IMG/VR virus record: IMGVR_UViG_3300045921_000191
Coordinates: 32,001-96,000 of that record
Strand: one strand, 5' to 3'
Length of the DNA: 64,000 nt
Source: a virus
The position numbers and the translations under genes are program-made. Every line of letters begins with the position of its first letter. Positions within the stretch are counted from its first letter, which is position 1. Below the pieces are notes generated by a model, which saw nothing but the letters and a program-made list of their open reading frames with translations, searched no databases and was not told the origin of the DNA. Positions 1 through 9,052 of the stretch are shown in pieces.

Positions 1-463
1 TAACATCGGTGACGCAGTAAGTTCCTTCTGGATTCAAGCGAGACAAAACTCTATTAGAGAACGCTGCTTGAAGGTGCCAATCAGGATGTACTTTGTTGCG
101 AATAACTTCAGTTCCAACGAATTGAAGGATATGTCGAATAGACTTCATTGTGACGCCGACTACGCCATACTCTGTCACGGTATTGATGTTATAAGGAAAC
201 TCTTCTGTTGGAAGCGCTTGTACCATTAGGTTCAAAATTTCGCGAAGATGTTTTCTAGTAAAGGCGAACGGCTCTGCAAAAGGTTCAACCTTTTTAACTG
301 GATCTTCCATATCTTCACGCTTGATATTGAATACTTTGGCGCAAATATCTTTCATAGGGCCAGCGAAGCTGATCTTACCTTGAGAAAGTCCAATATCAGA
401 AAGTAGTTTTGCGGAAGCGTCTTTTCCACCACCAATAGGTGCAGTAAAGCTTACGATTTTCAT
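1..463 (-). CDS. Deoxynucleoside monophosphate kinase (3' end runs off the window)
   Basis: Not in the ORF track. Manual translation from ATG at 463: MKIVSFTAPIGGGKDASAKLL...KISFAGPMKDICAKVF...RHILQFVGTEVIRNKVHPDWH...CVTDV. P-loop variant plus the SFAxPxK, RxxLQxxGTE and V(T/S)DV motifs of phage dNMP kinases. Confidence 0.85.
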   Translation of the reverse strand, partial: MKIVSFTAPIGGGKDASAKLLSDIGLSQGKISFAGPMKDICAKVFNIKREDMEDPVKKVEPFAEPFAFTRKHLREILNLMVQALPTEEFPYNINTVTEYGVVGVTMKSIRHILQFVGTEVIRNKVHPDWHLQAAFSNRVLSRLNPEGTYCVTDV

Positions 464-651
464 TGATTATCTCGTTTTGCTGCTTGATAAATAGCGCGAG
501 GAGATCCCTTAGCATTAAAACGTTGATGAACGTTTTCTACCTTGCCATCTTCCATCAACTTACGACCGACTACTTTGTCGGTATATTGACGTGGAGCTTT
601 AGGGTCGAAACCTAATTCTTTACGAAGGGCTTTTGCCTTTTTGGTGCGCAT
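460..651 (-). CDS. Small basic hypothetical protein
   Basis: 63-aa ORF with a strong RBS (AGGAAAGGAAG), an upstream promoter and an ATGA overlap with the kinase gene. Confidence 0.7.
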   Translation of the reverse strand: MRTKKAKALRKELGFDPKAPRQYTDKVVGRKLMEDGKVENVHQRFNAKGSPRAIYQAAKRDNQ

Positions 652-683
652 TATTCTTCCTTTCCTATAGAAGTTCTAGTGTG

Positions 684-712
684 AGACTACCAAACTTGAT
701 GCAAAAAGTCAA
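684..712 (-). promoter_or_regulatory. Sigma70-type promoter
   Basis: TTGACT-N17-TAGTCT with TG upstream of the -10, in the intergenic gap. Confidence 0.6.
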
Positions 713-715
713 GTT

Positions 716-2023
716 TTATTTAACGTCTAGATCTTCCCTACGGAAAGGCTTGATAATCTTATCTAAAGAAGCATCTTTATCTGCATTTTTAACTTGAATC
801 AAGCGAATATCGCCTACTGCGTGAGACCTAGTAATTTCGAATAATTGCTGAGTAGGATGACTCTCGAAGATCGAGATAGACTGCGCATAAGGATCAAGAC
901 CGCTCAAACAACCGTTGATAATTAGCATACAACCGTTTTCCATAAGTTGCACGGTAGGCGTATGAACGTGACCTGCTAGAATGGCTGCAAACTTCACTTG
1001 ACCACCAATATCTGACACATTGAGCTTGTTAACTTGGGCGCTGATGGAGCGCATGTTAAGAGAGTTTCCAGGATTGCCAACGTTAATAATCGTATCACCA
1101 TGAGTCACAAAGAATTGATGCCCTTGCGCTTCTACGATTGCAAACGGAGCCATAGGAATGTGCATCTTAACATTCTTACAAGCAACAAGAGCTGCTTTAA
1201 CTGAATGATAAATGATGTTTTCATGTGAGTCGTATTTGTGAGTCGTTGCGCGAGTTCCGCTAGATTTATGCATCATACGACCGTGATTACCAGGCGTACA
1301 GTACACATCAACTTTATCAAACTGGGTAGCAAGATAGCTGATAAACTGTGTAAGCAAAGACATGGTTCCTAAATGTTGAACTGTCAAAAGATCTACGAAC
1401 CATTCTTGGTTGTGAATCATGCCAGCTATAATGTCACCATTAATGCACAGAACAAGGTCAGTATCTTTACGATAGTTACGTTTGTAATTTGCAATTTGTT
1501 GAGCAAAGGCCGCTAATCGACGAGAAGCAATTTCCCAGTTAAACTGGTTTGCTCCACCCATTTCAGCAGAATCAATGTTAGCCCCAAAATGCGTATCTGA
1601 GAGGTGAGCTAAAATTGTGCGTGATTTTTTAGAAGACTTGGCTACTTGAGTTACAGGCTTGTGAATATTAAATTTAATTCTACTAACTGCGTCAGTAATG
1701 GATCTAGATAGCTCTTCCATTGTATAGATGCGATTGCCGTATTGCTTGTCTAGTTTCTTTCGGTGTGCAGCGACTAGTTTAGAAGCCGTGTCTGCTACAA
1801 CGTCGGTGTCTGCATGAAAGTACATCTTCTTCATGTTCTCAAATCCGCCAGAGGATTTGATCGCCCAGGCGGTTAGTTCGTTAGGATCATTTGCAAAAAA
1901 TTCAGCTTGAGTAACTTCGGCTGGCTCTTTTCCTAGCATGGTGCCAACTTTCTTCATTGAGTCAACAAATTTCTTGTTGACTTCTTTAGGAGAGAGGGCT
2001 TTGGGTTGTTTTTTCTTAGACAT
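716..2023 (-). CDS. Calcineurin-like metallophosphoesterase / nuclease
   Basis: Motifs LSDTHFG, NGDII, PGNHGR, THGD and GHVH. Confidence 0.8.
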   Translation of the reverse strand: MSKKKQPKALSPKEVNKKFVDSMKKVGTMLGKEPAEVTQAEFFANDPNELTAWAIKSSGGFENMKKMYFHADTDVVADTASKLVAAHRKKLDKQYGNRIYTMEELSRSITDAVSRIKFNIHKPVTQVAKSSKKSRTILAHLSDTHFGANIDSAEMGGANQFNWEIASRRLAAFAQQIANYKRNYRKDTDLVLCINGDIIAGMIHNQEWFVDLLTVQHLGTMSLLTQFISYLATQFDKVDVYCTPGNHGRMMHKSSGTRATTHKYDSHENIIYHSVKAALVACKNVKMHIPMAPFAIVEAQGHQFFVTHGDTIINVGNPGNSLNMRSISAQVNKLNVSDIGGQVKFAAILAGHVHTPTVQLMENGCMLIINGCLSGLDPYAQSISIFESHPTQQLFEITRSHAVGDIRLIQVKNADKDASLDKIIKPFRREDLDVK

Positions 2024-2040
2024 TAGAACTCCTTAAATTT

Positions 2041-2069
2041 AGATTAGCAAATTCTTTAAAAATAAGCAA
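2041..2069 (-). promoter_or_regulatory. Sigma70-type promoter
   Basis: TTGCTT-N17-TAATCT, followed by an AAGGAG RBS. Confidence 0.5.
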
Positions 2070-2087
2070 CGACACTTTATTGTACCA

Positions 2088-4466
2088 CTATTTAGCTTCT
2101 GCAAAATTATCCCCAATTAAAGGTTCCGCTTTAATAGGAATATCAATTTGTCTGGTTACTTCGTTATTTTCCATAGCGTCTTTTAACATCTCAGCTACTA
2201 TCGAAGCTTGATCTTCCTTGACAATGCACGTTATTTCATCGTGGATGGTTAATGCTATCCAGCCATCAATATTGTGTTTTTTCATTTCTTTTGCAAGCTT
2301 AATCATAGCAGCATTACATACATGTGCTGCTGTTGCTTGAATGGGAAAGTTCTTAGAGTTATTTAAAAGATTACGATATTTGTAATAAATTTCACTGCCT
2401 AGCTGCTCGCCTAAGTGTTCTTTCATTAGTTTTTTACTTTTTAATAGGCCACGAAAACGTTCGTTTAACTCTTTGCATTTTGGAAGGTGACGCACTCTAC
2501 CAAATTTAGTTTTAACAAAGCCTTTTGTCGTTGCTTCGTATTCCTGATTACGCATGTATTTTTGCAATTCTGGATAAGCATTGAGATATCTATCAATGAT
2601 TTGTTGAGCGTCTTCTACTGGCACGCCCATAAGCTGGGCAATACGCCATGCGTTAGCGCCATAAACTACGGCAAGTGTAAACACTTTTGACTTCTGCCTG
2701 AAGTCGGGTTGAACTTTTTTTAGATAATTTTTGTCAGTCTCTTTAGCAGAAACGTCCTGCAAATCGAATACGTCAATTGCAATCTGCGAGTAAAGATCAA
2801 GCTCATTAAGCCAAACAGCCTTAAGTCCTGCATCACCTGATACCCACGAAAAGATCCTGGGTTCTAGTGCTGAAAAGTCGGCGTTGACAATCTTATAGCC
2901 CTCGGGGGCCACAAAGCCTTTTTTAATGCGTTTATCGTCGCGAGGCAAGGTTTGTAGGTTTAGTCCACCTGCGCATGAATAACGACCCGAAGTCGTTCCA
3001 AATTGAAGCATGGAGGGATACAGCCAGCCGTCAATCTGTTTTTCAAGAATGGGCTGAACGTAAGTAGACAATAACTTCTCTTGCTTCTTAAGTTCTGATA
3101 GTTTGGGAACAAATGGGAGATGATCGAAACCCTCTAAAGCTTCTTTATCAACTTTAGCGGCTCCAGTCTCTCGGGAATGGGATTTCGCCTTGCATCCATG
3201 ATGCTCAAAGAGCAACCAAGACAAGTGCGCATTAGATGACAAGTTGAATACTTCTGGTTTATCAGGATTCTTTTCAACAAAGATAGCCTTTTTCACCGCG
3301 TAAACAACTTCATCCTCGAGAGTGGGAGGATTTGGGTCCTCTAACACTCGCTTTACTTTTACAGGCATAATAGCTTTTGTGCCATCTTTTTGTTCAACTT
3401 CTTGCATCTCTTCGAACTCCTCGAAAGGAGGCTCGTAAAGAAGCCAAGTCAATGCTACATTGTCTGGATAATCAACTGCTAGAGACTGCAAAGCACTTTT
3501 AGCCAGTGTGGGCTTGCCCGTCTTCTTATTTGAAGGAATCGGGATCTTATAATAACGCAGCAACTCTTCAGCAAATCGTCCAGTCTTAGTGGCCTTAACG
3601 TGATCGTCGAGGTAAGACCGAATAAACGGCTGAATATCTTCTCGGATCAAGTCAAATACTTCGCCTGACAATCTCATTATATCAGAATTGATTTGCGTTT
3701 CCAAGTTTTTAAAATATTCTAGGTCAATCTTAAGTCCTTGAATTTTCATGGGAATTGTGACCAGCTTATAAAGGGGCATCACTTCTTGGTTATAAAAGAA
3801 GTCAGTCAGACCCTCTTTTTCCATCAATTTACTGAAGTACTCAAACAAGCGAAGGGTCAAATCCACGTCTGCACAGCAATACTTTCCGATGATTTCGACA
3901 TCAGCCTTGTAGATGTCCATTTGAGTCTTAGTAGCTTTACCGCCTGCCTTCGTAATAGACTCTTTAAGCTCGATCTGTTCTTGGTTGGCCACTTCCTCTT
4001 CTGGGATGCCAAGCTGCTCCTGGAGGTTCACAGCAACTTCTTTAAGGCCGAATGGACCCTCCTCATCGAGAGTATGCTTCATAAGGATCGTATCAGCGTA
4101 TAGGGCTGGTAAAAGGTTTACGCCGTAATAGTCTTCCATGACCGTGATATCGTACACGCCGTTGTGCATAATGAGCTTCTTTTTGATTAGAATCTCGCTC
4201 ATTGCCCAAATGAACTTTTCTTCGTCTTCCGCTGAAACAAGCCTAACTAGAGCTTGTGACGCGGCATCCCATTTCCAGAATGCCACATAAAAGCCCTGGT
4301 TAACATGACCAGTTACGCCAACGCCGATAACCCGCGCGCGCTTCTCCGTCGCAGAATCGGTTTCTAAGTCAAATGAAACATATTCACAAGTCTTGAGATA
4401 ACTCAAAACCTGTTGATACGTCTTATTTGTTAGAACGTTTACGTATTGCTTGCTCATCGATTTCAT
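2088..4466 (-). CDS. polA: DNA polymerase family A with 3'-5' exonuclease
   Basis: Exonuclease motifs FDLET, HNGVYD and YCCADV; GTTSGRYS..LNLQTLPR; motif A DFSALEPR; motif B RQKSKVFTLAVVYG; NFPIQATAA; motif C IHDEI. Confidence 0.95.
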   Translation of the reverse strand: MKSMSKQYVNVLTNKTYQQVLSYLKTCEYVSFDLETDSATEKRARVIGVGVTGHVNQGFYVAFWKWDAASQALVRLVSAEDEEKFIWAMSEILIKKKLIMHNGVYDITVMEDYYGVNLLPALYADTILMKHTLDEEGPFGLKEVAVNLQEQLGIPEEEVANQEQIELKESITKAGGKATKTQMDIYKADVEIIGKYCCADVDLTLRLFEYFSKLMEKEGLTDFFYNQEVMPLYKLVTIPMKIQGLKIDLEYFKNLETQINSDIMRLSGEVFDLIREDIQPFIRSYLDDHVKATKTGRFAEELLRYYKIPIPSNKKTGKPTLAKSALQSLAVDYPDNVALTWLLYEPPFEEFEEMQEVEQKDGTKAIMPVKVKRVLEDPNPPTLEDEVVYAVKKAIFVEKNPDKPEVFNLSSNAHLSWLLFEHHGCKAKSHSRETGAAKVDKEALEGFDHLPFVPKLSELKKQEKLLSTYVQPILEKQIDGWLYPSMLQFGTTSGRYSCAGGLNLQTLPRDDKRIKKGFVAPEGYKIVNADFSALEPRIFSWVSGDAGLKAVWLNELDLYSQIAIDVFDLQDVSAKETDKNYLKKVQPDFRQKSKVFTLAVVYGANAWRIAQLMGVPVEDAQQIIDRYLNAYPELQKYMRNQEYEATTKGFVKTKFGRVRHLPKCKELNERFRGLLKSKKLMKEHLGEQLGSEIYYKYRNLLNNSKNFPIQATAAHVCNAAMIKLAKEMKKHNIDGWIALTIHDEITCIVKEDQASIVAEMLKDAMENNEVTRQIDIPIKAEPLIGDNFAEAK

Positions 4467-6486
4467 CAGTTGACTTTCTAAGATTCAAACGGTCGGTCTG
4501 AACCACTTCTCCAGTGGATAATTTTTCCTTAAACATGGTAGGAGCTTTAAGCTTCAGTTGGGTGCAAATTTCTCGATATTCCACGTATTCTTGGAACGAT
4601 ATATCTCGGATTACACCCTTGATACCTTCCCACATAAATACACCTTCTTCAATTCGACCGCTTCGGTTTTTGCCGATGTAAAGGTGCATGTAATTATCAT
4701 AGTCTGGATTGGCCCCATCTGCAAGAGGTCTCCAACAGTTGATTACGCAAGTAGCGTTTTCTTCCCAAGCTCCTGATTCTTTTGCCACGCGAGAGGTACG
4801 CATTGGAGTCGTATGATCGCCTTGCTCTCTTGAGACCTGAGAAAGATAAATCAAGTGACAATTAGTGTTCTTAGCATTGTCGGAAGCCGTAACTGCGTTA
4901 TGAGTTGCGCTCATGTACGAGTTGTCTGCTTCTGAAGTTAGCTTACCCGCGTAATCGATGAAAGCAACTTCAATGCGAATGCCAAACTGCGCATTTGCGT
5001 TATTAATAGTTTCCACGATCTGCTCAGAAGTAACTGCTGAAGTAAAATCAAAAATGGTGTACGGAAGTCGCTCTTTAATAGCGGTCATCACAACTTGCAT
5101 GACACTTTCGTCGCGAGTGTGGATATTAAATGCTCTTTCTACTTCTTCTTGGGTATAGTTAGTGAATCGTGCTCCAAGCTTCTCGAACAAACTAGAATCC
5201 GCCATATCCATTGAGAACATGATGTTATAAATCTTCTGACGATTCAAATTCTCCATAATTTGAACTGCAAGACTAGTTTTACCAGAACCATTGGCCCCGT
5301 TGATAACCGAGAAGTTTTTGGGGCGAAGTCGGATACGCTCATCAAGCCATTTCAAACCCGTCTTAGGATACTGAAGCTGGGCTTCGTTACCGTATTTAAC
5401 GTAAATGTCACATAAGTCTTCTGCTCGAAACAATTTAGAAGAGCGCTGCTTATGTTCACATCCAGCGTGGCGACACCATTTCGCTATCTTAACGTCGTGA
5501 CATTTGTAAATGCCTCCGCGATAATTTTCGTTAGCATAAACCTGAGTAATAGGGCGCAAGAATTCCATTTCAGTAAAGTCTTTAACTTCGGGAAAGATAC
5601 GCTTTCGCTTCTCAAGTGCGGTGGCAATAATAGCCACACTCTGCTCTTGATCATATCCAGAGTATCGGTGGTAGGCCGCTAGATAGTTACAAGCTACTTC
5701 GCGTTCTCCAGGACCAAAATACCCATTCTCAAGCAAATGCACGCAACGACGCTTACCTTTGGGTACGTGAGCTAAAATCTCTTCTGGAGCTGGAACATCT
5801 TCTCCAGTTGCTGGCTTAACTAATTGGAGCTTGGTTTTAGGAGTCTCTGGGACTTTGTTGTAAGTTTCATACAACACGTCTACGTTCTGACGCTCAGTTT
5901 TGATCGCGATATCTCTAGGCTTAGCTGCCAAGAGTCTAATTTCTTTTTCACTCTTCTTCTCTACCTCAGAAAGGTCTAATTCGATTTTATACAAACCAGA
6001 CTTTTGATGCCTAGTGTTAGTGATTCGGAGGATGCGATTGACGTTGTAAACAGAAGCATCAAATACATCAGGATCTACATCTGCATCTTTGGCTAGGTTG
6101 TAGCAAATGTTTGCCGTCTCAATTGGAGTGAACTTTCTAGTAGTTTCCAGGAAAAGGTGAAACCCTTTATTGCCACTGAAGTAAACTCGAAGTCCTTTGT
6201 CCAAGCCAAGATCCGCAAGTTTATAAGCAAGCTTCATCAAGTTAGAATGAGCCTTCTTATAGTCGCCCTCTGCGTCCAAATCCCAATAAAGAGTATCTGT
6301 GTACACTTCTCCAGTGTACCCATTCACGCTATTGTTGTGAGTTTGAAAGTACTCAAATGCGTCTTCGCCGTAAATAAAAGTCGAGCAATACCAGTCAACA
6401 GTTCGGTCCAATACATTGGATTCGATCTGATCGATTGGCAGCAACTTGCCTTTATCTGCGACGGTTTTTGTCAACCGTCTGTACAT
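4423..6486 (-). CDS. AEP primase fused to a DnaB-like (SF4) helicase
   Basis: AEP motifs WDLD, FSGNKGFH and RILR; Cys-rich middle domain; Walker A GANGSGKT, FSMDM, FIDY, LSQVSR, SGAWEENA, IGKNRSG. Confidence 0.88.
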   Translation of the reverse strand: MYRRLTKTVADKGKLLPIDQIESNVLDRTVDWYCSTFIYGEDAFEYFQTHNNSVNGYTGEVYTDTLYWDLDAEGDYKKAHSNLMKLAYKLADLGLDKGLRVYFSGNKGFHLFLETTRKFTPIETANICYNLAKDADVDPDVFDASVYNVNRILRITNTRHQKSGLYKIELDLSEVEKKSEKEIRLLAAKPRDIAIKTERQNVDVLYETYNKVPETPKTKLQLVKPATGEDVPAPEEILAHVPKGKRRCVHLLENGYFGPGEREVACNYLAAYHRYSGYDQEQSVAIIATALEKRKRIFPEVKDFTEMEFLRPITQVYANENYRGGIYKCHDVKIAKWCRHAGCEHKQRSSKLFRAEDLCDIYVKYGNEAQLQYPKTGLKWLDERIRLRPKNFSVINGANGSGKTSLAVQIMENLNRQKIYNIMFSMDMADSSLFEKLGARFTNYTQEEVERAFNIHTRDESVMQVVMTAIKERLPYTIFDFTSAVTSEQIVETINNANAQFGIRIEVAFIDYAGKLTSEADNSYMSATHNAVTASDNAKNTNCHLIYLSQVSREQGDHTTPMRTSRVAKESGAWEENATCVINCWRPLADGANPDYDNYMHLYIGKNRSGRIEEGVFMWEGIKGVIRDISFQEYVEYREICTQLKLKAPTMFKEKLSTGEVVQTDRLNLRKSTDEIDEQAIRKRSNK

Positions 6487-6491
6487 TTTAA

Positions 6492-6944
6492 TTACCCCTC
6501 GATCAATGAAGCACTACCAACTACGAAGTCAGGAGATTCCTTGTGAGGTTTAAAATTGATATGAATCAAATCGCCATTGCGAAGTTCAAGTTCACGGTTT
6601 TCATCTTTTCCAAGATAGATCTGAAGACGAAGATCATATTCAAATTCTCTACCACCGCCGAGGTCTCTCAAATCATTAATGTCATTCTGACTAGTGCCTT
6701 TTTTCATGGCCATATTGCCAAGATAAAGACCCACATGACCTACTACGAAATCTGCGTCTTTTTCACGCGTTCCGAAGCGGAGATCAATACAAGCCCCGTT
6801 AGCCACCACAAGTTTGGTGTTAGGCATGTACAATTTAACATTCATTCCAAGACCCGATTTACGAAGTTCTTGAACAGCTTGCCTGTTTAGGCTCTTAGAA
6901 GCTGATACTGATCCAATATTAATAAAATTACCCTCTTTTGCCAT
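6492..6944 (-). CDS. Hypothetical protein with two internal repeats (possible ssDNA-binding protein)
   Basis: Halves align (NGACIDLRF..DFVVG / NGDLIHINF..DFVVG); located in the replication operon. Confidence 0.6.
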   Translation of the reverse strand: MAKEGNFINIGSVSASKSLNRQAVQELRKSGLGMNVKLYMPNTKLVVANGACIDLRFGTREKDADFVVGHVGLYLGNMAMKKGTSQNDINDLRDLGGGREFEYDLRLQIYLGKDENRELELRNGDLIHINFKPHKESPDFVVGSASLIEG

Positions 6945-6946
6945 GA

Positions 6947-7231
6947 CTAAACTCCTTCCTTAATGTGCGAAGACATAGGTTCTGTTGAGCGAAGAATTTG
7001 CTTTAACGCTGCTACAGAACTAGCATCCTTGAAAAGTTCTTTCCTGTCAAGTAGTGCTGCTGCTAAAATTGGTCCAGTGATATCTTCTTTACTTTTAGCA
7101 TCTTCTACTTTGAGATCTACGCCATTACGCAACAAGACAATAAGACCAGTCAAGGTAGTATAGCTAGACGCTTTGGTATCGTAGAGTTTTCGGTTAGAGT
7201 AACGCTTGATAACAACTTGTGTGTTTTCCAT
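6947..7231 (-). CDS. phaR: PhaR/PhbF-type (PHA accumulation regulator) DNA-binding domain protein
   Basis: IKRYSNRKLYDT..SSYTTL..L...G....V.DAKS.EDIT..IL matches the PhaR N-terminal signature. Confidence 0.85.
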   Translation of the reverse strand: MENTQVVIKRYSNRKLYDTKASSYTTLTGLIVLLRNGVDLKVEDAKSKEDITGPILAAALLDRKELFKDASSVAALKQILRSTEPMSSHIKEGV

Positions 7232-7233
7232 AA

Positions 7234-7884
7234 TTAAGCTCCTGCTCCGCGAGTAAATCGTGATCCACTCTTAAACGGACGCGATGAACGAAGTGGGGTT
7301 TTATCCTCGGATGAATCTTCGTTCGATGACTCTTCCTTTGCCTCTTCTTTTTCAGAAGATTTAGTTTCTTTGCTTTCTGACGATCTAGAAGAAAAACGTG
7401 AACTCTTTGGAGCTTCTTCTTCAGAAGCTTCTGGAGCTGCTACTTTTTCTTCTTCTTTCTTTTCTTTAGAGGAACGATTAAACCATCCACCTTTCTTTTC
7501 TTCTTTAGCATCTTCTTTTTTAGAAGAACCAAAACGAGAAGCGCCTTCTTCGCGTTCTTGGAATTGTTCAATCTCTTCAGCAGAAGCAAGACCTTTCTTA
7601 ACTTCATATCCAAGGATAGCAAGAGCGCGACCAATTGCTACCGTTTCGGCTTTTTCAGAAGCCTTTTTACCGTTCTCAGTCACATCTGCATGGCCTGAAG
7701 CAGCAGCTAGGCTAGGGAAAAGTTTAGCTTCTTCGTAGTTACGAAATACTACAGCCTTAAAATACTCGCCGTCAGCGGTTTTTTCTCGGAAGGTAGTAAT
7801 CATTCCTTGTTTGTGCTCTTCTCGGAACTTCGCGATGCGCTCATGCACACCCACGTAATTATCTTTATCGAAATATTGACTCAT
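7234..7884 (-). CDS. Single-strand annealing protein (Rad52/Sak/Erf-like) with a charged disordered tail
   Basis: YVGVHERIAKFR...SGHA...EKAETVAIGRALAILG; adjacent to an exonuclease gene. Confidence 0.65.
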   Translation of the reverse strand: MSQYFDKDNYVGVHERIAKFREEHKQGMITTFREKTADGEYFKAVVFRNYEEAKLFPSLAAASGHADVTENGKKASEKAETVAIGRALAILGYEVKKGLASAEEIEQFQEREEGASRFGSSKKEDAKEEKKGGWFNRSSKEKKEEEKVAAPEASEEEAPKSSRFSSRSSESKETKSSEKEEAKEESSNEDSSEDKTPLRSSRPFKSGSRFTRGAGA

Positions 7885-7885
7885 T

Positions 7886-9052
7886 TCAGTCTCCTTTTTG
7901 GTGCTTAGGTTTGATCTCTTTTATTTTATCAAGCGGCTTACCGTTCCAACAGTGATCATAAAATTCACAGCGCCGACCATATTGCATACAGCTATTAGGA
8001 TTTTTAAAGTTAATCTCGTTTTTCACTGCTACTAGAACATTTGAATAGTCTTCCATCTGGGAATCCAGCTCAGACTCTTTCATAGTTTTAGTAAGCAATT
8101 GACAAACAGCTTTTAACTTAGGGATCAAATAAGAGCCTTTACAATCTTTTTGAGTACAATTTCTAGCTTTGCTACCGTGAGGTCGAACGTGTCCGCAAGT
8201 GTCGCAGCTAACCGAGTCGTTCTTCAATTTCTTGACAAGAACAAGGTAGCCTACATCTAATGAACCGATCTTCTTACTAAGCGCTGAAGCGTACGTTTTT
8301 AATTGTTCACTCGTATTGATATTATGGGAAGTATACTCTGCTGCGGCAGTTTTGCAATCTAAAACTACAGGAAACTCTTTACTCTTAAATTTAACTACGT
8401 AATCCACGTATCCGACAATCTCATCGCCGTCGTTATTGGTAATAGAAACTCTATATTGACAAGCAGGGACTCCATCGATCTCTACCAGATATTCAAAATC
8501 TGGCATAATATCATTCCACAATGCGGTCAGCATTAGAGCTGCTCGTTCTGCTAGAGATAGCCAGTGAATTCTTGCATAAAAGCGTTTTCGTTCCAAGCTA
8601 ACTTTATATCCGTTATCGAAGTCTGAATAAATCTCTGCAATAATAGACTGCCAAGTAACTACTTTAGCTTTGCCGTCTTTATCTGGACGAGTAGCGTTAA
8701 ACTCTTCTGGAACTAATTCCGTTGCCCAATCTTTGATAAGATCGGCATGTTGAACCAATAATGACTCGTCTAAGTCTGATTTAAAGTATTCTACTTCTGG
8801 ATTATCAAAAATTGGAGAAGCTCTGGATGGCTGATCTACGTTCTCGGTTTCCCAGTTACGATCAAACTCTGCAATGGAATCTTTCAAATCGGCGCCCTTG
8901 AACATAGCAGTAACGCCCGCCTCGACAGCCGTTCCAAATGCAAAGTACGAGGGACGGCCAGTTGACTGGTACTGTTTTGAAAGATAGTACTTAGTAGGAC
9001 ACGCCTTAAACGTGTTGGCCGCTGAGTAGCTTAATTTGACTGGCTTACTCAT
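7886..9052 (-). CDS. Cas4/RecB-like PD-(D/E)XK exonuclease
   Basis: LSYSAANTFKACP; GYVD...VLDCKT; QLKTY; C-terminal C-x6-C-x5-C; extra CDTC..C..C insertion. Confidence 0.85.
   Translation of the reverse strand: MSKPVKLSYSAANTFKACPTKYYLSKQYQSTGRPSYFAFGTAVEAGVTAMFKGADLKDSIAEFDRNWETENVDQPSRASPIFDNPEVEYFKSDLDESLLVQHADLIKDWATELVPEEFNATRPDKDGKAKVVTWQSIIAEIYSDFDNGYKVSLERKRFYARIHWLSLAERAALMLTALWNDIMPDFEYLVEIDGVPACQYRVSITNNDGDEIVGYVDYVVKFKSKEFPVVLDCKTAAAEYTSHNINTSEQLKTYASALSKKIGSLDVGYLVLVKKLKNDSVSCDTCGHVRPHGSKARNCTQKDCKGSYLIPKLKAVCQLLTKTMKESELDSQMEDYSNVLVAVKNEINFKNPNSCMQYGRRCEFYDHCWNGKPLDKIKEIKPKHQKGD

Noticed and set aside
7886-9052. CRISPR-Cas system suggested by the Cas4-like gene
   Set aside because: No repeat-spacer array or other cas genes were seen; the context indicates recombination.
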